Assembly (NCBI GenBank): GCA_963693365.1
Contig: CAVNZM010000011.1
Span: 310,001 to 374,000, forward strand
DNA: 64,000 nt
Reading direction: 5' to 3'
Origin: Amoebidium appalachense
Taxonomy: Eukaryota > Protista > Ichthyosporea
Numbering within the stretch: the stretch's first letter is position 1; each line of letters begins with the position of its first letter. Below, piece by piece: positions 13,675 through 28,086 of the stretch. Both the position numbers and the translations under genes were made by a program. Below the pieces are notes generated by a model, which was given only the letters and a program-made list of their open reading frames with translations, was not told the origin of the DNA and searched no databases.

Positions 13675-14010
13675 GTGTGTCCATGTTTTATTGTCTGTTG
13701 GTTGCTGGACCTTAGCAGTGTGCCCTCATGGGGTTGCCTGGTGTGCCCATGTTTGATTGTCTGTTGGTTGCTGGACTTTAGCAGTGTGCCCTCATGGGGT
13801 TGCCTGGTGTGTCCATGTTTTATTGTCTGTTGGTTGCTGGGCCTTAGCAGTGTGCCCTCACGGGGTTGCCTGGTGTGTCCATGTTTTATTGTCTGTTGGT
13901 TGCTGGACTTTAGCAGTGTGCCCTCATGGGGTTGCCTGGTGTGTCCATGTTTTATTGTCTGTTGGTTGCTGGACTTTAGCAGTGTGCCCTCATGGGGTTG
14001 CCTGGTGTGT
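13675..14010. repeat. Minisatellite, 66-bp unit x about 5
   Basis: CCATGTTT recurs at 13681, 13747, 13813, 13879 and 13945; units are nearly identical. Confidence 0.95.
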
Positions 14011-14712
14011 CTGACTGTTCAATGGAAGCCTTGTTTGCTTTATATCCAAGATCTGATTGGAGAGCAAGATATGTTTCTCTTCAGCCTCTTTTAGTACTAC
14101 CGGCTTGACATCAGAATGCATATATGTGTAGCCTTCTTTTTTTTTTTTTATAGAGGCTGAGCTTATCGAACCATTGGGAACTTGAAGTTTAAAATTAGGA
14201 GTTATTTTAATTTATTTATTCATTTATTATTTTGCTCACATTGGGCATATTTGCATTTCATCTGTATGGAAGGCCGTGCCAATGGCACCCCTTCAAATCG
14301 ACGACTAATAATAAATTGGTTGTCCAGAGAGCCTGCAAGCTAATTGCATCACGGTTTGAATTATAAACCATTCGGATCGAACATAATTGCGACAAATTGC
14401 AAGTAGTGGGCTTCTGACAGTTCAGCTGCTAATCAATTCATCTGGAATTATTTACTTGCCATGTATTCACCCCCCCTCCCCCCTCCCTCCCCCCGTCCCC
14501 CCCCCTCCTCCTCCCACCCCCCCCCAGCACGCACCCACGCACCCACCCTTTCTAACCGGTAGGTTTTAGACTATGGGTCACTATCTCCCTTGTTCCTTGA
14601 AATTATATCTTATGGTAACATATTCAATCATTTGCAGCAAGTCGTCAAATCGTTCCTTTTGCTTCCTCCCGCCGGGAGGTCCCCCCCCAACCCCCCCCCC
14701 ACCCCCCGGGAA

Positions 14713-15042
14713 ATAAATAAAATAATCAGACTACCTGAGTATATAAATAAAATAATCAGACTACCTGAGTATATAAATAAAATAATCAGACTACCTGAGT
14801 ATATAAATAAAATAATCAGACTACCTGAGTATATAAATAAAATAATCAGACTACCTGAGTATATAAATAAAATAATCAGACTACCTGAGTATATAAATAA
14901 AATAATCAGACTACCTGAGTATATAAATAAAATAATCAGACTACCTGAGTATATAAATAAAATAATCAGACTACCTGAGTATATAAATAAAATAATCAGA
15001 CTACCTGAGTATATAAATAAAATAATCAGACTACCTGAGTAT
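14713..15042. repeat. Minisatellite, 30-bp unit x 11, perfect
   Basis: ATAAATAAAATAATCAGACTACCTGAGTAT repeated head to tail with no spacers. Confidence 0.97.
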
Positions 15043-15242
15043 CACCCTTCGGACTGTGTAACACATCCACCCTTCCCCCCCCCCCCCCCCCCCCCCCCTA
15101 ATCAGCCAACCACCACCACCCTGCCACCCAGCCTCATCTCCCCCACGTTCCCGACTGCCTCCCAAGATTGTTAGCGGTTGTAAAAGCTACTTGAAGCCCC
15201 CATTGTAATCCCCCTTCCCTCCCTCCCTCTCTTCCTGCCCCT

Positions 15243-15278
<36 letters not shown>

Positions 15279-15370
15279 GCCGCTTGCACCTGGCCCTCCC
15301 TGGGCCCCCCAAACCTCCACCAACGTTAACCGCACCTCACCACCCCAAAAAAACCATTCCCTCCACGGCA

Positions 15371-15407
<37 letters not shown>

Positions 15408-17507
15408 AAAAAAAAAAAAAAAAAAAAAAGACGGCCCACCCACCACCCACCTTTATCCTACCCGCCCTTACCCAAACCTACCTAACCACCTACCCTCTAT
15501 TGCGACCCCCCCTCCCCCTTCCCCCACTCCCCTTCCCCCCTCCCCCCCCCCCCCCCCCTCCCCCCCCCCCCCCCCCCTCAACTCCCTTCCTCCCACGATG
15601 TTCAATACAACGGAAGTCCCCACGCACCTGATTGGACAACATACAATCCGACGACGTACGATTAAGGAAGGGACGATATGGTCCCCAAGCGATTAATAAG
15701 GCCCCAACAAGCCCTTATGGCTTAGGTGTGGGGACGTTGGCCCCCCCATTCACGGCCGAGACTCCAGACCCACATAGCATTATGATTTTGGGGCCTGTTA
15801 AAAATTGTGAAAGGGTAGTGGTCTATGTTCAGAAACAATCTCCCTGTACCTATGGGTTTTTAGTATTGACCTATCTCCCTCCCTCCTTCCATATCACTCC
15901 CCCGTTTGCACCCCTATGCCCTGCTAGTACCCTCTGCTTGTCCGTTCAGGTGAACACACACGCAAGAATGAAAACTGAAGAAAGAGGAGCCCCGTAGCAG
16001 ATGCTCCGAAGTGCAATACCCCCCCCCCCCCCCCCCCCCTTGTTCGACAAACAAGGAACCCCTTGGGTATTTTGGAAAACAAGAAGCCCCAAACTGATTT
16101 ACTTGGAAACCCTAAACTGTATTGAAATACCCGAAAGCCTTGGTCGATGGGAAACACAAAATAACGCAAGGACCCTTTCAACGGGTTAAAGAGGGTCTCT
16201 TTTAGGTTTCCGGGTCGGGTCGGGTCAGAGGGGATTCTAGCTATATGATTTGCGAGGCGTCCAATCACGTCCCAGTCCCCGACACGTTTTGCCGGCAGCA
16301 AGGTACATGTAAATGCTTATCGCTCTATAGCAATTCTAACGTCCGGTCCTTTAACCCTCTAGCCACGCAAAGTAAGATCGCACACCACCAAGCACAGCCC
16401 ACACTGTGGCGGCCAGCGCGCTTGCTAACGGGGCATTGTAGGCCCCGTTGGTATCTACCCAGCCCCCTCTAACGTTTTCTAACAAAGAAAAGTGGCAACG
16501 ATATTTTTATCCGGTGGAATGGAGCCGATAAAATCGGACGGATACCCGCTCGGAACAAATTTGTTCCGGACACTGATTGGTGCATGGCTACCGGGTTAAG
16601 CTTGTCCTCTGACATCTTGATACTACTAGCATTCCAATATTGTGCCCCCTCCCCCCCCCCCCCCCCCCCCCACCACCACCACCTCCCCCCCCCCCCCCCC
16701 CCCCCCACCCTCTTTCTCAGCTGCACCCTTCCCTAAGCCCCTTCATTCTCCTTGCCATACTGACTGCGGTGACCTATTTCTTTTCTTTGCACTTGAGCCC
16801 TTCATATGCAAGTGTTAACCTACAAAGCATTGTCGTTGTAAACGGCACCTAGTACTTGTTGCATAACACGGTCGTGAATGTCATGTTTTTAAACACCACG
16901 CCTATATGGCTGATTGCATTTCAAGTCTCTGAAGCACTGTTTCCCAGGTGATTCGAGCTTCCACACGTAGCCTGTTTTCTTGCTCTTGAACGACACCTGC
17001 CCCCCCCCTCCCCCCTTTGCCCCCCCGCCACCCCCCCCCCCCCCCCCCTCCCCGCCCCCTCCCCCTCCCCCCTGTGCAAACCATTTCCCGGCTCACCACA
17101 CATAGAGGCCATTCGGAAATGTGTGTGGACCAGTACTCTCCCATCCCCCCCCCCCCCCCCCCCCCCCCCCGAGGCCGCCCGTCTCCCTGCCACCTCCCCA
17201 TGTGCTCACCCACCCCCTTTCCGTCCATACTTAACATCTTGTGATCTCCCTTCCATTCCCCTCTTGTAATCGCCCCCTCCCCCCTCCCCCCTCCCCCCCC
17301 CAACGCTTGCCGCACATAGTACTCCCACAACCGTTAGCCAACCACAGACCCATCGCACACCTCTTAACCTGCTATCCGGGTTAACCCCCGACACCCCATT
17401 CTTCAATATTCCCCTAACCCATCCACATGCCCTTTGTACTCTTTGGAGGCTTCTCATTGCAGGGCCTCACTTCCCTTCTCTACCCGAGGGCTCATTCATC
17501 TCGTGCA

Positions 17508-17538
<31 letters not shown>

Positions 17539-18499
17539 TTTCTCCCCCCCCCCCCCCCCCCCCACCACCACCACCATATTCACACATAAGCCTGCTCCCA
17601 AAACTCCTCTCAATTCCAATACCTCCCTACCCAACCTCTGTTTCCTGGTTTCCCACAAAATGACGGGAAATAGGCCCGGAGGTGAATAGACACCCCGGGG
17701 GGGGGGGGGGGGGGGGGGGGAGGGGGGGGGGGGGGGAGGGGGGGGGGGGAGGGGGGGGGGGGGGATATTAGGAGAGGCTGGGGGGAAAGCTAAAGGGGCT
17801 TCAGGCCATAAGGGTTGACAAGCATGGTAAGTGTGGCCCTTGTGAATACTATAGGCGTGCACGTGTGCGCTTGTTTCTTTTTATGTTTTCCTTGAATCTC
17901 AGAGGCAGTTTGTTCAATAACCTTGGGATTAAAAGTTCCGTACGAGTTGTGGGATGGAAAGCACCTCAACATCTGCAGGGCATTGCGAATGCACTGGCTG
18001 ATTTGTAGCCAATCAGGTGCTGCCGTTCTGCAGTTAGAGATGTGAAACGGCTGCACGACACTGCATGTCATAAAAAGGGGATACCTGACCGGAACCCTAT
18101 TTCCCTCCCTCAAACAAACCAGATCACATTTTACCGTTTGCGTTTGCTATACAGGTCATCTATAAAGAGCAATAAGCTTGAGCCCTCTGTATGTTGTGTT
18201 TATTTCATGTGACAGGTGCCTGTATGTGTGTGCACGTCACGGTAGTTGTGCGTAGTACAGAAATCACACTTGTGCCTCTACCTGGTACCTCTCTAACGAA
18301 TAGTTAATACTATACGTGTAGGTCTTTTCATGGTCGTGGCATCACTCACTGCCTACATCGTGGTTTTTGTGTGAGCATTTTTATAAGTGCATGAGACTGT
18401 GTGCCCACGTCTGGCTGTATGGTGTAAGGGTGTGTGCGCCTGTTGGGACCCGAGGGGAGGGGGGGGGGGGGAGAGGGGGGGGGGGGGGGGGGATGGTTA

Positions 18500-18512
18500 C
18501 AGGTGTATGCTT

Positions 18513-18591
<79 letters not shown>

Positions 18592-19198
18592 CGTTCGTGC
18601 GTGTGCTTGTGTATCTGCATGTGTGTGTGTGTGCGTTCGTGCGTGTGCGTGTGTATGTGCATGTGTGTGTGTGTGCGTATGTGTGTGTGTGTCTGACTGA
18701 GTGTGCCCGTGTGTCTGTGTGCATATATGTGTGTCTGTGTGTCGCGTGTGCGGGTGACGTGTGTGCCTGTGTGTACATGCATGACACTGTGTGTGTGTGT
18801 CCAGATGTGCCACGGATTGGGCGTGCGCACACACGTGTGGTGTGTGTGGTGTGGGTAGTTGGTGTGTGCGTGGTGTGTGTGTGTGTGTGTGTACGTGTGT
18901 ACGTGTGTGTCTGTGTGTGTGTGTGGCATGTACACGTGCACTGTGTGTGTGTGTGTGCGTGTGTGTTCACGTGTGTGCGAGTGCACGTGCGTGCTTGTGT
19001 CTGTGGGCGTATGTGTGTGTGTGTGTGACTTTTGTGCAGCTTTGTGTGTTTCACGGTCTGTGTATGTGTGTGATGTGCGAGTTTAAATTAGTGATTTGTG
19101 TACACGTTTGGTGTTTTTATGCGTAGTTGCGTATGTGCGTGGCTGTGGGTGTTCGTGTGTACATACACGAGTGCATGAGCATGGGCTTTTTAGATTAG

Positions 19199-19267
<69 letters not shown>

Positions 19268-19274
19268 TGCGCGC

Positions 19275-19305
<31 letters not shown>

Positions 19306-19327
19306 TGTGTGTGCGTGCGTGTGTGTG

Positions 19328-19367
<40 letters not shown>

Positions 19368-19440
19368 TGTGTGTTTGTGTGTGTTGCGTAGTGTATGTGT
19401 GTGTGTGTGTGTGGTGTGTGTGTGGTGTGTGTGTGGGCCT
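18500..19440. repeat. Compound (TG)n/(TGCG)n/(CG)n alternating purine-pyrimidine microsatellite region
   Basis: Directly visible; similar blocks at 10049-10210, 23450-23830 and 36081-37030. Confidence 0.9.
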
Positions 19441-21088
19441 CTGTGTCTGCGTAAGCCACCTGCATCATTGCTTCCGTGTGCCTGTAGGTATGCATGATAT
19501 CGATGCGTTTGCGGACTTGCTGCAACCTCAAGCACAATTACGATGGTGTGTTTACTCGTGCAGTGAGCGTGTGTGTCTTCAGTAGCAGCTAAGATTGTGG
19601 ACTGAAAGTAGGCCTCCTTTGTGCTCGGAGGCACGCAGTTAGAAACATTTCATGTTTACGAAGTTGAGGTTCCAAAGATGCAATTATCAGCAGCGCAATG
19701 GCCATCGCATGTGCACGACCGGTGCACACTGATGCGGTAGAAGATGTGTACACGGAATATTAGCTCCAGGCCACTGATAATTGTGCTCCCTGCTATGATG
19801 TCTACCCTGTTGGGTGGCCCTTTGGCTGCTCTTAAAGCTACACTATAGGCACGGCCCTCTTCAGAGGGCCGTGCTATTGGTCACAAGTTGATCTAAACCA
19901 GATTGAAAAAAAGCCATCCAAGAATGCATGGGCGGCTGGAGATGCTGATTGGTGACTGAGACATAGAAGGCCTATTTGAAGTTAGTTGAGAGAATGGAAA
20001 GAAACAAACAACAGGATTATATTCAAATCATGAAATATAGTACTTTATAATTATATGATCACTAGAATACCTACAGGTATAGATGGGATGCTCAACAGCG
20101 CACATATTCATGATATATATTTAAAGTTTATCAAAAAATGAGGCAGAGCTGAGGTGAACTATGATTGGATATTAGTCATGGTCCAATATAGTCAAGATCT
20201 GCTTTCCTTTTTAGATTGGAATGCCGTTGTTTGGGCTCAACTGAGTACACAGCGAGCTCTGCCAACTTCGCCAAGTACAGTAACTTGCTTAAAGGTGCGC
20301 TTTCAATTACATTTACTTGGAAAATAGCTATGGTGGAGTTCAGTTTTTTTCTTTTCTAACTGCAGTGGTCGGTTTATAACCAATGTTCAAATACCTAATC
20401 AAATCGTGGAGCATAATGATTCAGAATTTCAGATCTAAGTATGCAGTGATGCACATGAGGACAGCCAATCAGAATCGCGCAGGGTAGTCCGTGCAATGTC
20501 GTGCATGCTCCACTTGCCGCACACATAATGGGCGTACACGAGTACACAACACACACCAAGCCTCTGCATGTTAGGCCACCATTTGCACTGAGAAAGTTAG
20601 TGACCGCTCTCAACCACAACCTTTGTCGGAAAACCACACTATTTTTTATTATATGACCACAAGCTCGCATGCAACCAGAGTTCGAATTCGAAGTTGAGAA
20701 GCTTTGTGTACGTACCGCAACAAGCTTGATAGAGAATTCAGTCACGAGGAGTCGTGAATAAAACGCAAAATATCTGTTCGTTCTCTGGTTGTATAGACAC
20801 AAACAGCCCCACACGCAACACGTTCTGGTTCTCGAAACAGCACTAGCCCACACAAGTAAGCAAGCACAAGCTCAACGTGCAGGTTGCACAGATGGCACAC
20901 AATGTCATTGGATGGTAACTATGTAATACTGATGATATTTTTACCGGACAACAAATCTTCGATCCACAACGTTCGGAACAACATTTGAGAGTTTATTTTC
21001 CAACACAAAACACTACAGTGCAACAGGCACAGACTCAAACACAAGCGCGTTTCGGTAAGCTAATGTATGCAAATAGGCACACAATACC

Positions 21089-21856
21089 ATGGCAAACACA
21101 CATACACTCACCCATCAGAAAGAGGGAGAAACCCCTTTCAGCCTCTTCCAGAAAGACCCACCACACGACCACATGAATGCACAAAGTGAGAGAGATGTCC
21201 CTTTTGATCCAGAAAACGTAATTCTCCGTATGGATGCCGAGAACGACACCACCTTCTACGACTACGTTAAAGACCAAAACAACGCAGCATGCACGGGGCA
21301 ACGTCTGAGTTCTGTTATTGGCGAGTTTGATTTGAGCAGGGCAGCATGGGGCATTCGATGGATAGTTTCCAACCCCTCATGGCACATTCACAACATATCC
21401 ACCTTGGTCAAGGGGGCAACCATAGGGTTGACTGTGAAGGACAGGGCACGGCTCACAAACCTCGTGTCTAACGATTGGCCCCTTTCCCCCTACACCACCC
21501 GTCTCGTCTTCCACATGGCCGAGAACCACCTTCTAGAAGAGACCCTCGAGTTTGTCACGTGGCTTACAGACACGTGGACCGTGGACTCTGCATTGCAATT
21601 GGTTGCCGAGCTGAGCCGTATGTTTGGGTGGGAGAGCAACGTGTTCACACTGTTTGCTTTCCGCTTGATGTGGTATTTCAAGCAGTGCAGGAGAGACCTC
21701 ACACCCTCAGACATCACACACCTTGCATCGTTTTGCAGAGAGGTACGGGCAGGGAGGTTGGGTGGAAACTGGCTGCATAAGAATGCCGTGGTGGTGCCCA
21801 GACCACGTGGGATGATGGAGCACGTGGCAATTTTGCACGTGCAGGGTGCACAATAG
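21089..21856 (+). CDS. Hypothetical helical protein with periodic Trp residues, 255 aa, single coding exon
   Basis: Non-repetitive open frame with protein-like composition (…FYDYVKDQNNA…LSRAAWGIRWIVSNPSW…VSNDWPL…WLTDTW…MFGW). Probable 5'UTR intron from 20856 (GTAAGC) to 21076 (CTAAT…TAG). Confidence 0.75.
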   Translation: MANTHTLTHQKEGETPFSLFQKDPPHDHMNAQSERDVPFDPENVILRMDAENDTTFYDYVKDQNNAACTGQRLSSVIGEFDLSRAAWGIRWIVSNPSWHIHNISTLVKGATIGLTVKDRARLTNLVSNDWPLSPYTTRLVFHMAENHLLEETLEFVTWLTDTWTVDSALQLVAELSRMFGWESNVFTLFAFRLMWYFKQCRRDLTPSDITHLASFCREVRAGRLGGNWLHKNAVVVPRPRGMMEHVAILHVQGAQ

Positions 21857-22254
21857 TGAACTGGAACCAAGAATACTTCGTCTGTGAGCCTGCATTAATA
21901 TTCTCGCTTGTATACGTACCTTTGCACCAGATGCCATATTGAATACGGTAATGCTCCCACGTTAAGGGTATTATAGATAATCATTCGAAAATTACCGAAT
22001 GTGATCCCGTGTTATAATAAGGAAATTATCATGGAATCGGTGAAGTCTCCGCAAAACCGCGCGAATTCAGTCCAAATCTCGAAATTGCTGAGCTCATAAA
22101 ACCCCAGGCCAGTGTTGAATAATGCGGCGGAAAATCCTGCACCTTTTGGTCACTGTGTGCACCATTATATGTAAGCAATAACTGTAATGCAAATTTCTTT
22201 TGTATAGATATGCTCTCTTTTTAGTTCTTGGATATCGATGGACACAGTTTCATT

Positions 22255-22386
22255 CACAAAAACTTGTCTCAGCAGTGTATCTTACATAAAATCTCAAAAT
22301 CACAACTTGTCTTAGCAGTAAGTCTTACATAAAACATATAATCACAACTTGTCTTAGCAGTGTGTCTTACATAAAATCTTAAAATC
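22255..22386. repeat. Tandem repeat, 42-43 bp x 3
   Basis: AACTTGTCT[C/T]AGCAGT…TCTTACATAAAA at 22261, 22304 and 22346. Confidence 0.85.
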
Positions 22387-22679
22387 CCGTGGCTACCTCT
22401 GTCACACAGATACATGGGATTCACATCCCTATGTCCCCAATAGAGTTTAAAAGATATAACACTAAAGTTTAAGTGCAACAACCAGCCCAAACATTGACCA
22501 TACATTATGAAGCTTTGCACATATACTATGATATCACCAGTCTAAGAGCGAGTAATACGTCATACTATGATTCTACTACTGGCCCAATATAAACTGGTGC
22601 ACGTGGCCCTACCAGACCCTGTCGGCTTATTGCTCCGCCCCTAAACAGACCGTACGATGATCGTGGTACCCGCCAAATC

Positions 22680-22710
<31 letters not shown>

Positions 22711-22780
22711 AAAAAAAAAAAAAAAAACCCCCTCCTATATTACCCATCGACTGCATCACCTTTCTCGCCCTTCTTTACCA

Positions 22781-22813
<33 letters not shown>

Positions 22814-23137
22814 ACCCCCACCACCACCACCACCACACACACACACACACAATCACCACCACCAGCATCGCAGCTTCCGAGGCTCTCTCCTAGTTGGGGC
22901 CCTCCCTCCGATTACTCCCCCCCCCCCCCCCCCCCCCCTTCCAGGCCCGCCTCTCTCTCTACTTCCCCTCCCCTTACCTCTCTCTATCTCGAGGCTCTTT
23001 CCCTGTATCTCCCCCCCCCCCCCCCCCCCCCCTCTCTCTCTCTTTCTCTCTCTCTCCCCCCTCAGTCTCTCTCTCTCTCTCTATCTCTCACTCACTCACT
23101 CACTCACTCACTCACTCACTCTCACTCTCTCACTCTC

Positions 23138-23235
<98 letters not shown>

Positions 23236-23467
23236 ACGACACCCCCCCCCCCCCTCCCCCCCTCTTTCACCCCCATCTCTCTTTCTCATTCCTTCGTTTT
23301 ACCTCCCTTCTGTCTGTTCGCCCTACCCCTTACCACCTCCACCCTCATCGGCCCCAGCCAAATACCCAGGCGAATCTAAGCGAATATCATGTCGGCACTA
23401 AATGCACATATGGAAATTTTAATCATACACACAGGGAGCCAAATATTCACACACACACACACACCCA

Positions 23468-23559
<92 letters not shown>

Positions 23560-23706
23560 TCACACACACATATACGCACACACACACGCACACACGCACA
23601 CACACACACACACACACACGCACGCACACACACACACACACACAATCCACACACACATATATGCACACACACACGCACACACACACACACACACGCACGC
23701 ACGCAC

Positions 23707-23762
<56 letters not shown>

Positions 23763-23830
23763 AAAAAGACACGCACGCGCGCTCGCTCGTACCAACACAT
23801 CCACACAACCCACACATCCACACACACACA

Positions 23831-24040
23831 TTTTTTATATCTTTAATTTATCCCGGCTTGTTCCCGGGCGGCCCCTTAGGGGTCCCTCATTGAAAACCAC
23901 GGTCTTCAACTAAGCACCGACTGCGCCCTAGCTAGGATGCCAAAGGTGCAATCAGCTAAGCGGACACACCTTTACCAATCCTACTACTAGTACACAAGTG
24001 GCCCAGGGTTTTTGCCCCAGCTTCTCTAGTGGGGACGACA
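23831..24040 (-). mobile_element. Dispersed repeat copy A, SINE- or LINE-3'-end-like
   Basis: Colinear similarity to 38192-38400 (TTTATCCCG..TTGTTCCCGG…AGCACCGAC…CTAGC.AGG.TGC…AGCTAAGC…ACACACCTTTA..CAATCCTA…GCCCAGGGT…CCCCAGC). Both copies end in an A-rich tail on the minus strand. Confidence 0.6.
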
Positions 24041-24227
24041 CCCACCCACCCACACCCACACACTCGAACACTCGCACACCTACACGTATGCATGACGGCG
24101 GGCATACCATATCAACATGTGCACGTCACATTCATATTCACGAGCACACACAAACACACCTACCCGACTGACCGTCCATCCACCCCCCCCCCCCCCCAAC
24201 CTCCCCCCCCCACCCTAACATCACCTT

Positions 24228-24560
24228 GGATATCTCTCATATCTTTTGTATATCTCTCATATCTGCTGAATATCTCTTGCATATCTCTGATATCTGATGC
24301 ATATCTCTCGTATCTCTTGCATATCTCTTATATCTCTTGCATAGCTCTCATATCTGTTGCATATCTCTCATATCTATAAATATCTCTTGCATATCCCTGA
24401 TAGACGATGCATATCTCTCATATATCTCTTGCATATCTCTCATATCTTTTGCATATCTCTGATATCTGATGCATATCATCTCATATCTCTTGCATATCTC
24501 TCATATCTCTTGCATATCTCTCATATCTCTTGCATATCTCTCATACCTCTCATATCTCTG
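24228..24560. repeat. Degenerate (GCATATCTCTCATATCTCTT)n minisatellite
   Basis: Alternating 9/11-bp CATATCTCT-type subunits, directly visible. Confidence 0.9.
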
Positions 24561-24635
24561 CTTATTTAAGGTCATGTCCCTACTGCACCCCTTATGCTCT
24601 CGCAGCCACCTGCACGACAGTCCCATCCCCACAAG

Positions 24636-24669
<34 letters not shown>

Positions 24670-24997
24670 ACTCCCAAACACACACACGCACACAAACTCA
24701 AACACTCCCCCCCCCCCCCCCCCCCTCTATTCCCCTTCTCTATCGTTCCTTCCCCACTCTCAGTCTGGCAAACAACTCAACACAGGCCTAGCCAGGGGGC
24801 TGGCGTTAAAATGTTCTTTTATATACCAAGTTGTGTAGGCTGCCTAATAATGATAGTGTGTATGAAACTGTCGGACAGCTCTCGTAGCAAAGGTCTGGTT
24901 AGTTATCTCTAAGGTGGATTAATATTTTACCCACTGGGCACAATTTATACTATCAGCCAATCAGATGTCATAGCCACTGCTTGCTGACAGGCAAGCA

Positions 24998-25029
<32 letters not shown>

Positions 25030-25443
25030 GTCGTCCCCCTCCAATACAGATACACAAGTGACCGCCTCAGAACACCACCACAGTATACTTTGTCTTTTCT
25101 GCCAAATGAAATCGAAACCGGAATCTCAATAAACCTCACGCACCAAAAAAGTGCAAGCAGGGAAGAACGAATCACCACAAAAATATCCACCTTGTGAAGG
25201 ATGTCTAAGGTGTGCATAACCATGAAATAACTTCGTGTATGGCAGGAAAAAGAACGTGCGATTGCAAGGTGATGGTGGGCTGGTGTGGAAATTCCTGCGT
25301 GGTGGACCTCCAGTTGGTCACCTAGGCTTGTGCCTAAATTGGGTCTCTATGGGGAGGAGTGGCCGAGGAGTCACGAAATAAAGCGTATGACTCGCACAAC
25401 TTCTAAGCTTGATCTATCCAAAATAGGGGTTCCCCCTTTTCCC

Positions 25444-25476
<33 letters not shown>

Positions 25477-25721
25477 TTCGTACCCGGGCACCCAAATTTA
25501 TATTCGAAACAGGGCAGGGTCTTCAAAGCCAAAACAATAATGGGGGTGGAGGAAGAAACCAGGTAAACTCGTGGTGCTTGCCTGTATCGTTGCGAAGTTT
25601 GGGCTTGTCTTCCATTTCTTGTCCTTGTTTCTTCCTTCTTTTTATTTTTTGTCATAGGTTTTTTGTTTGTTTGCTTTTGTTTTCCGGTAGGAGAGAGCCA
25701 GGGGTGGGGTGGTGGTGGTGG

Positions 25722-25755
<34 letters not shown>

Positions 25756-26207
25756 GCAATGGTTTCACACATGACCCTACAAGATATGGAGGGACCCCCC
25801 CCCCCCCCCACCTCCCTTCGGGGCGAAATATATATATATATATATAAAAAGGGAAACCTGCGGTACATTATCTTTTCGTTACCTGAAAGGCAAGAAGGGA
25901 GGGGGGGGGGGGGGGGGGGGGGGATTGAATATCACCTTTCAAAAGCTTCAAAGACACTTCTTCGGCCAAGGAGGGCAAGTTTATTTGAATGTATGCATGA
26001 TGCATCACGGTGCAAAACACGTGTATGGGTATATGAGTGGGCTGACCCAGATTTTACTTTGAAAGGGGCGCTTAAGGATGTCCTGTGTTCATAACATCAT
26101 ACACATGTATTGCCTGTGTTGTGCATGTGTCAAAGTGTGTGTGTGTGTCTGCGGGATGGTGGTGCTGGCTGGGTTGGTGGGTGGGCGGAGGGTGTGTGTG
26201 TGTGTGG

Positions 26208-26248
<41 letters not shown>

Positions 26249-27523
26249 GCCTCCGTGATTTTGCTGTGTGTTGCCCAAGGACTGTGTGTGTGTGTGTGTG
26301 TGTGTGCACGTGTGGGCATTTGAAATAACCAAGTTTATCTGAGGGCGTGGGTGTAGGTGTGGGCTGAGGAAGTCTGCCCTGGTATGAGGAGAAGGGGTGT
26401 TCTTGTGGTAGTGCATTTGCCCTTCACGAACATGCACAGTGCTAAGAGGATTCTTCCCCTGATAGATCGCAGCATACTCTGTAGAATCTGATCTCAGGAG
26501 TGGTTACCCACCCTTTCCTCTTCCAACCCCCCCCCCCCCCCCCCCCCCTTCTCCCCAGAAACAATGCCTATCTTTCCCTTAAGTTGCCCATTGCCTTCTG
26601 GTGCTTGCACCAGGCACCCGACACACTTTCTCTGCGGCCATCTTTCTCACTTTCTTCATCATCTAGCGAACGATATATCAGCAGGCCCTCAAGATATTTT
26701 GCTCAAGTTATTCCAGCCTACAGTCGGTTGGTTGATTGCTTTCTAAGGCTCTTTTTCTCCGCAATCTCTCTCACACTCCTGTGCTCCTACCCCTTTCCAC
26801 AGACATGCGGTTGCTTTCCTATTTTCTCTCTTTTCTGCGTAATAGCCCCCCCCCCTCCCCCCCCTCCCCCCCTCCCCCCCCCCCCCCCCCCTTCCCCCCT
26901 GTTAACCCGAACATGTACTAATACGCTCTCGGCAAAGGCTTTACTAGCTTCTGTTGTTTCTCTCCCTTTGTCTCCCATGCTTTCTTTCCTCCACTTCTTA
27001 ACCAACTCTGCCCCTTTCTGTCTCTCTCTTTTTTCTATCACACCCCTACCCTCCCTACCGGCCGCCCTCCCACTCTTTCTTCTCTCTCTCTCTCCATTGA
27101 TCTGGTCTCTTACACGCTCCCTCTACCCCCTCTTTCCCCTCCCCCCTCCCCCTCCTTCACCCCCTCTCCCTCTCTTTCTCCGTCACCCTCACTAGTCCCT
27201 TCTCAGTCTCTCTCTCTCTCTCTCTCTCTCTCCCCCCTCCCCCCTCCCCTCCCCCTCCCCTCTCCCTCCCTCCCTCCCTCCCGTTTCCCCTCCCCCCTCT
27301 TTCCCTCACTCCCTCCCGCTCCCCATTTCTCTCTCTCTCTGTCTGTCCCCCCCCCCCCCCCCTCCCCCCATCATCCCCCTTCCCCCTCCCTCCTTCACTC
27401 CCTCTCCTTCTCCGACACCCTCTTTCTGGCCCCTTCTAGGTCTCTCTCTCTTTCCCCCTCACCCCCCACCCCCCCCCCAAACTCTCACTCTCTCTCTATC
27501 CCCATCTCTCCCTACCTCCCTCC

Positions 27524-27994
<471 letters not shown>

Positions 27995-28038
27995 CCAGCT
28001 GATGGGCCGCGGGGGGAGCCCCCCCCCCCCCCCCCCCC

Positions 28039-28086
<48 letters not shown>

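Noticed and set aside
13675-15042. 66-bp and 30-bp arrays as CRISPR arrays or repeat proteins (ORFs 13675..14094, 14590..15174)
   Set aside because: Units are head to tail with no unique spacers, there are no cas genes, the context is eukaryotic, and the ORFs arise because unit lengths are multiples of 3.
15600-17460. ORFs 15632..15997 and 16001..16189 as genes
   Set aside because: No recognisable motifs or consistent splice structure; probably decayed repeat sequence.
21055-21076. 22-nt micro-intron GTAAGCTAATGTATGCAAATAG
   Set aside because: The branch point overlaps the donor; a normal intron from the donor at 20856 is more plausible.
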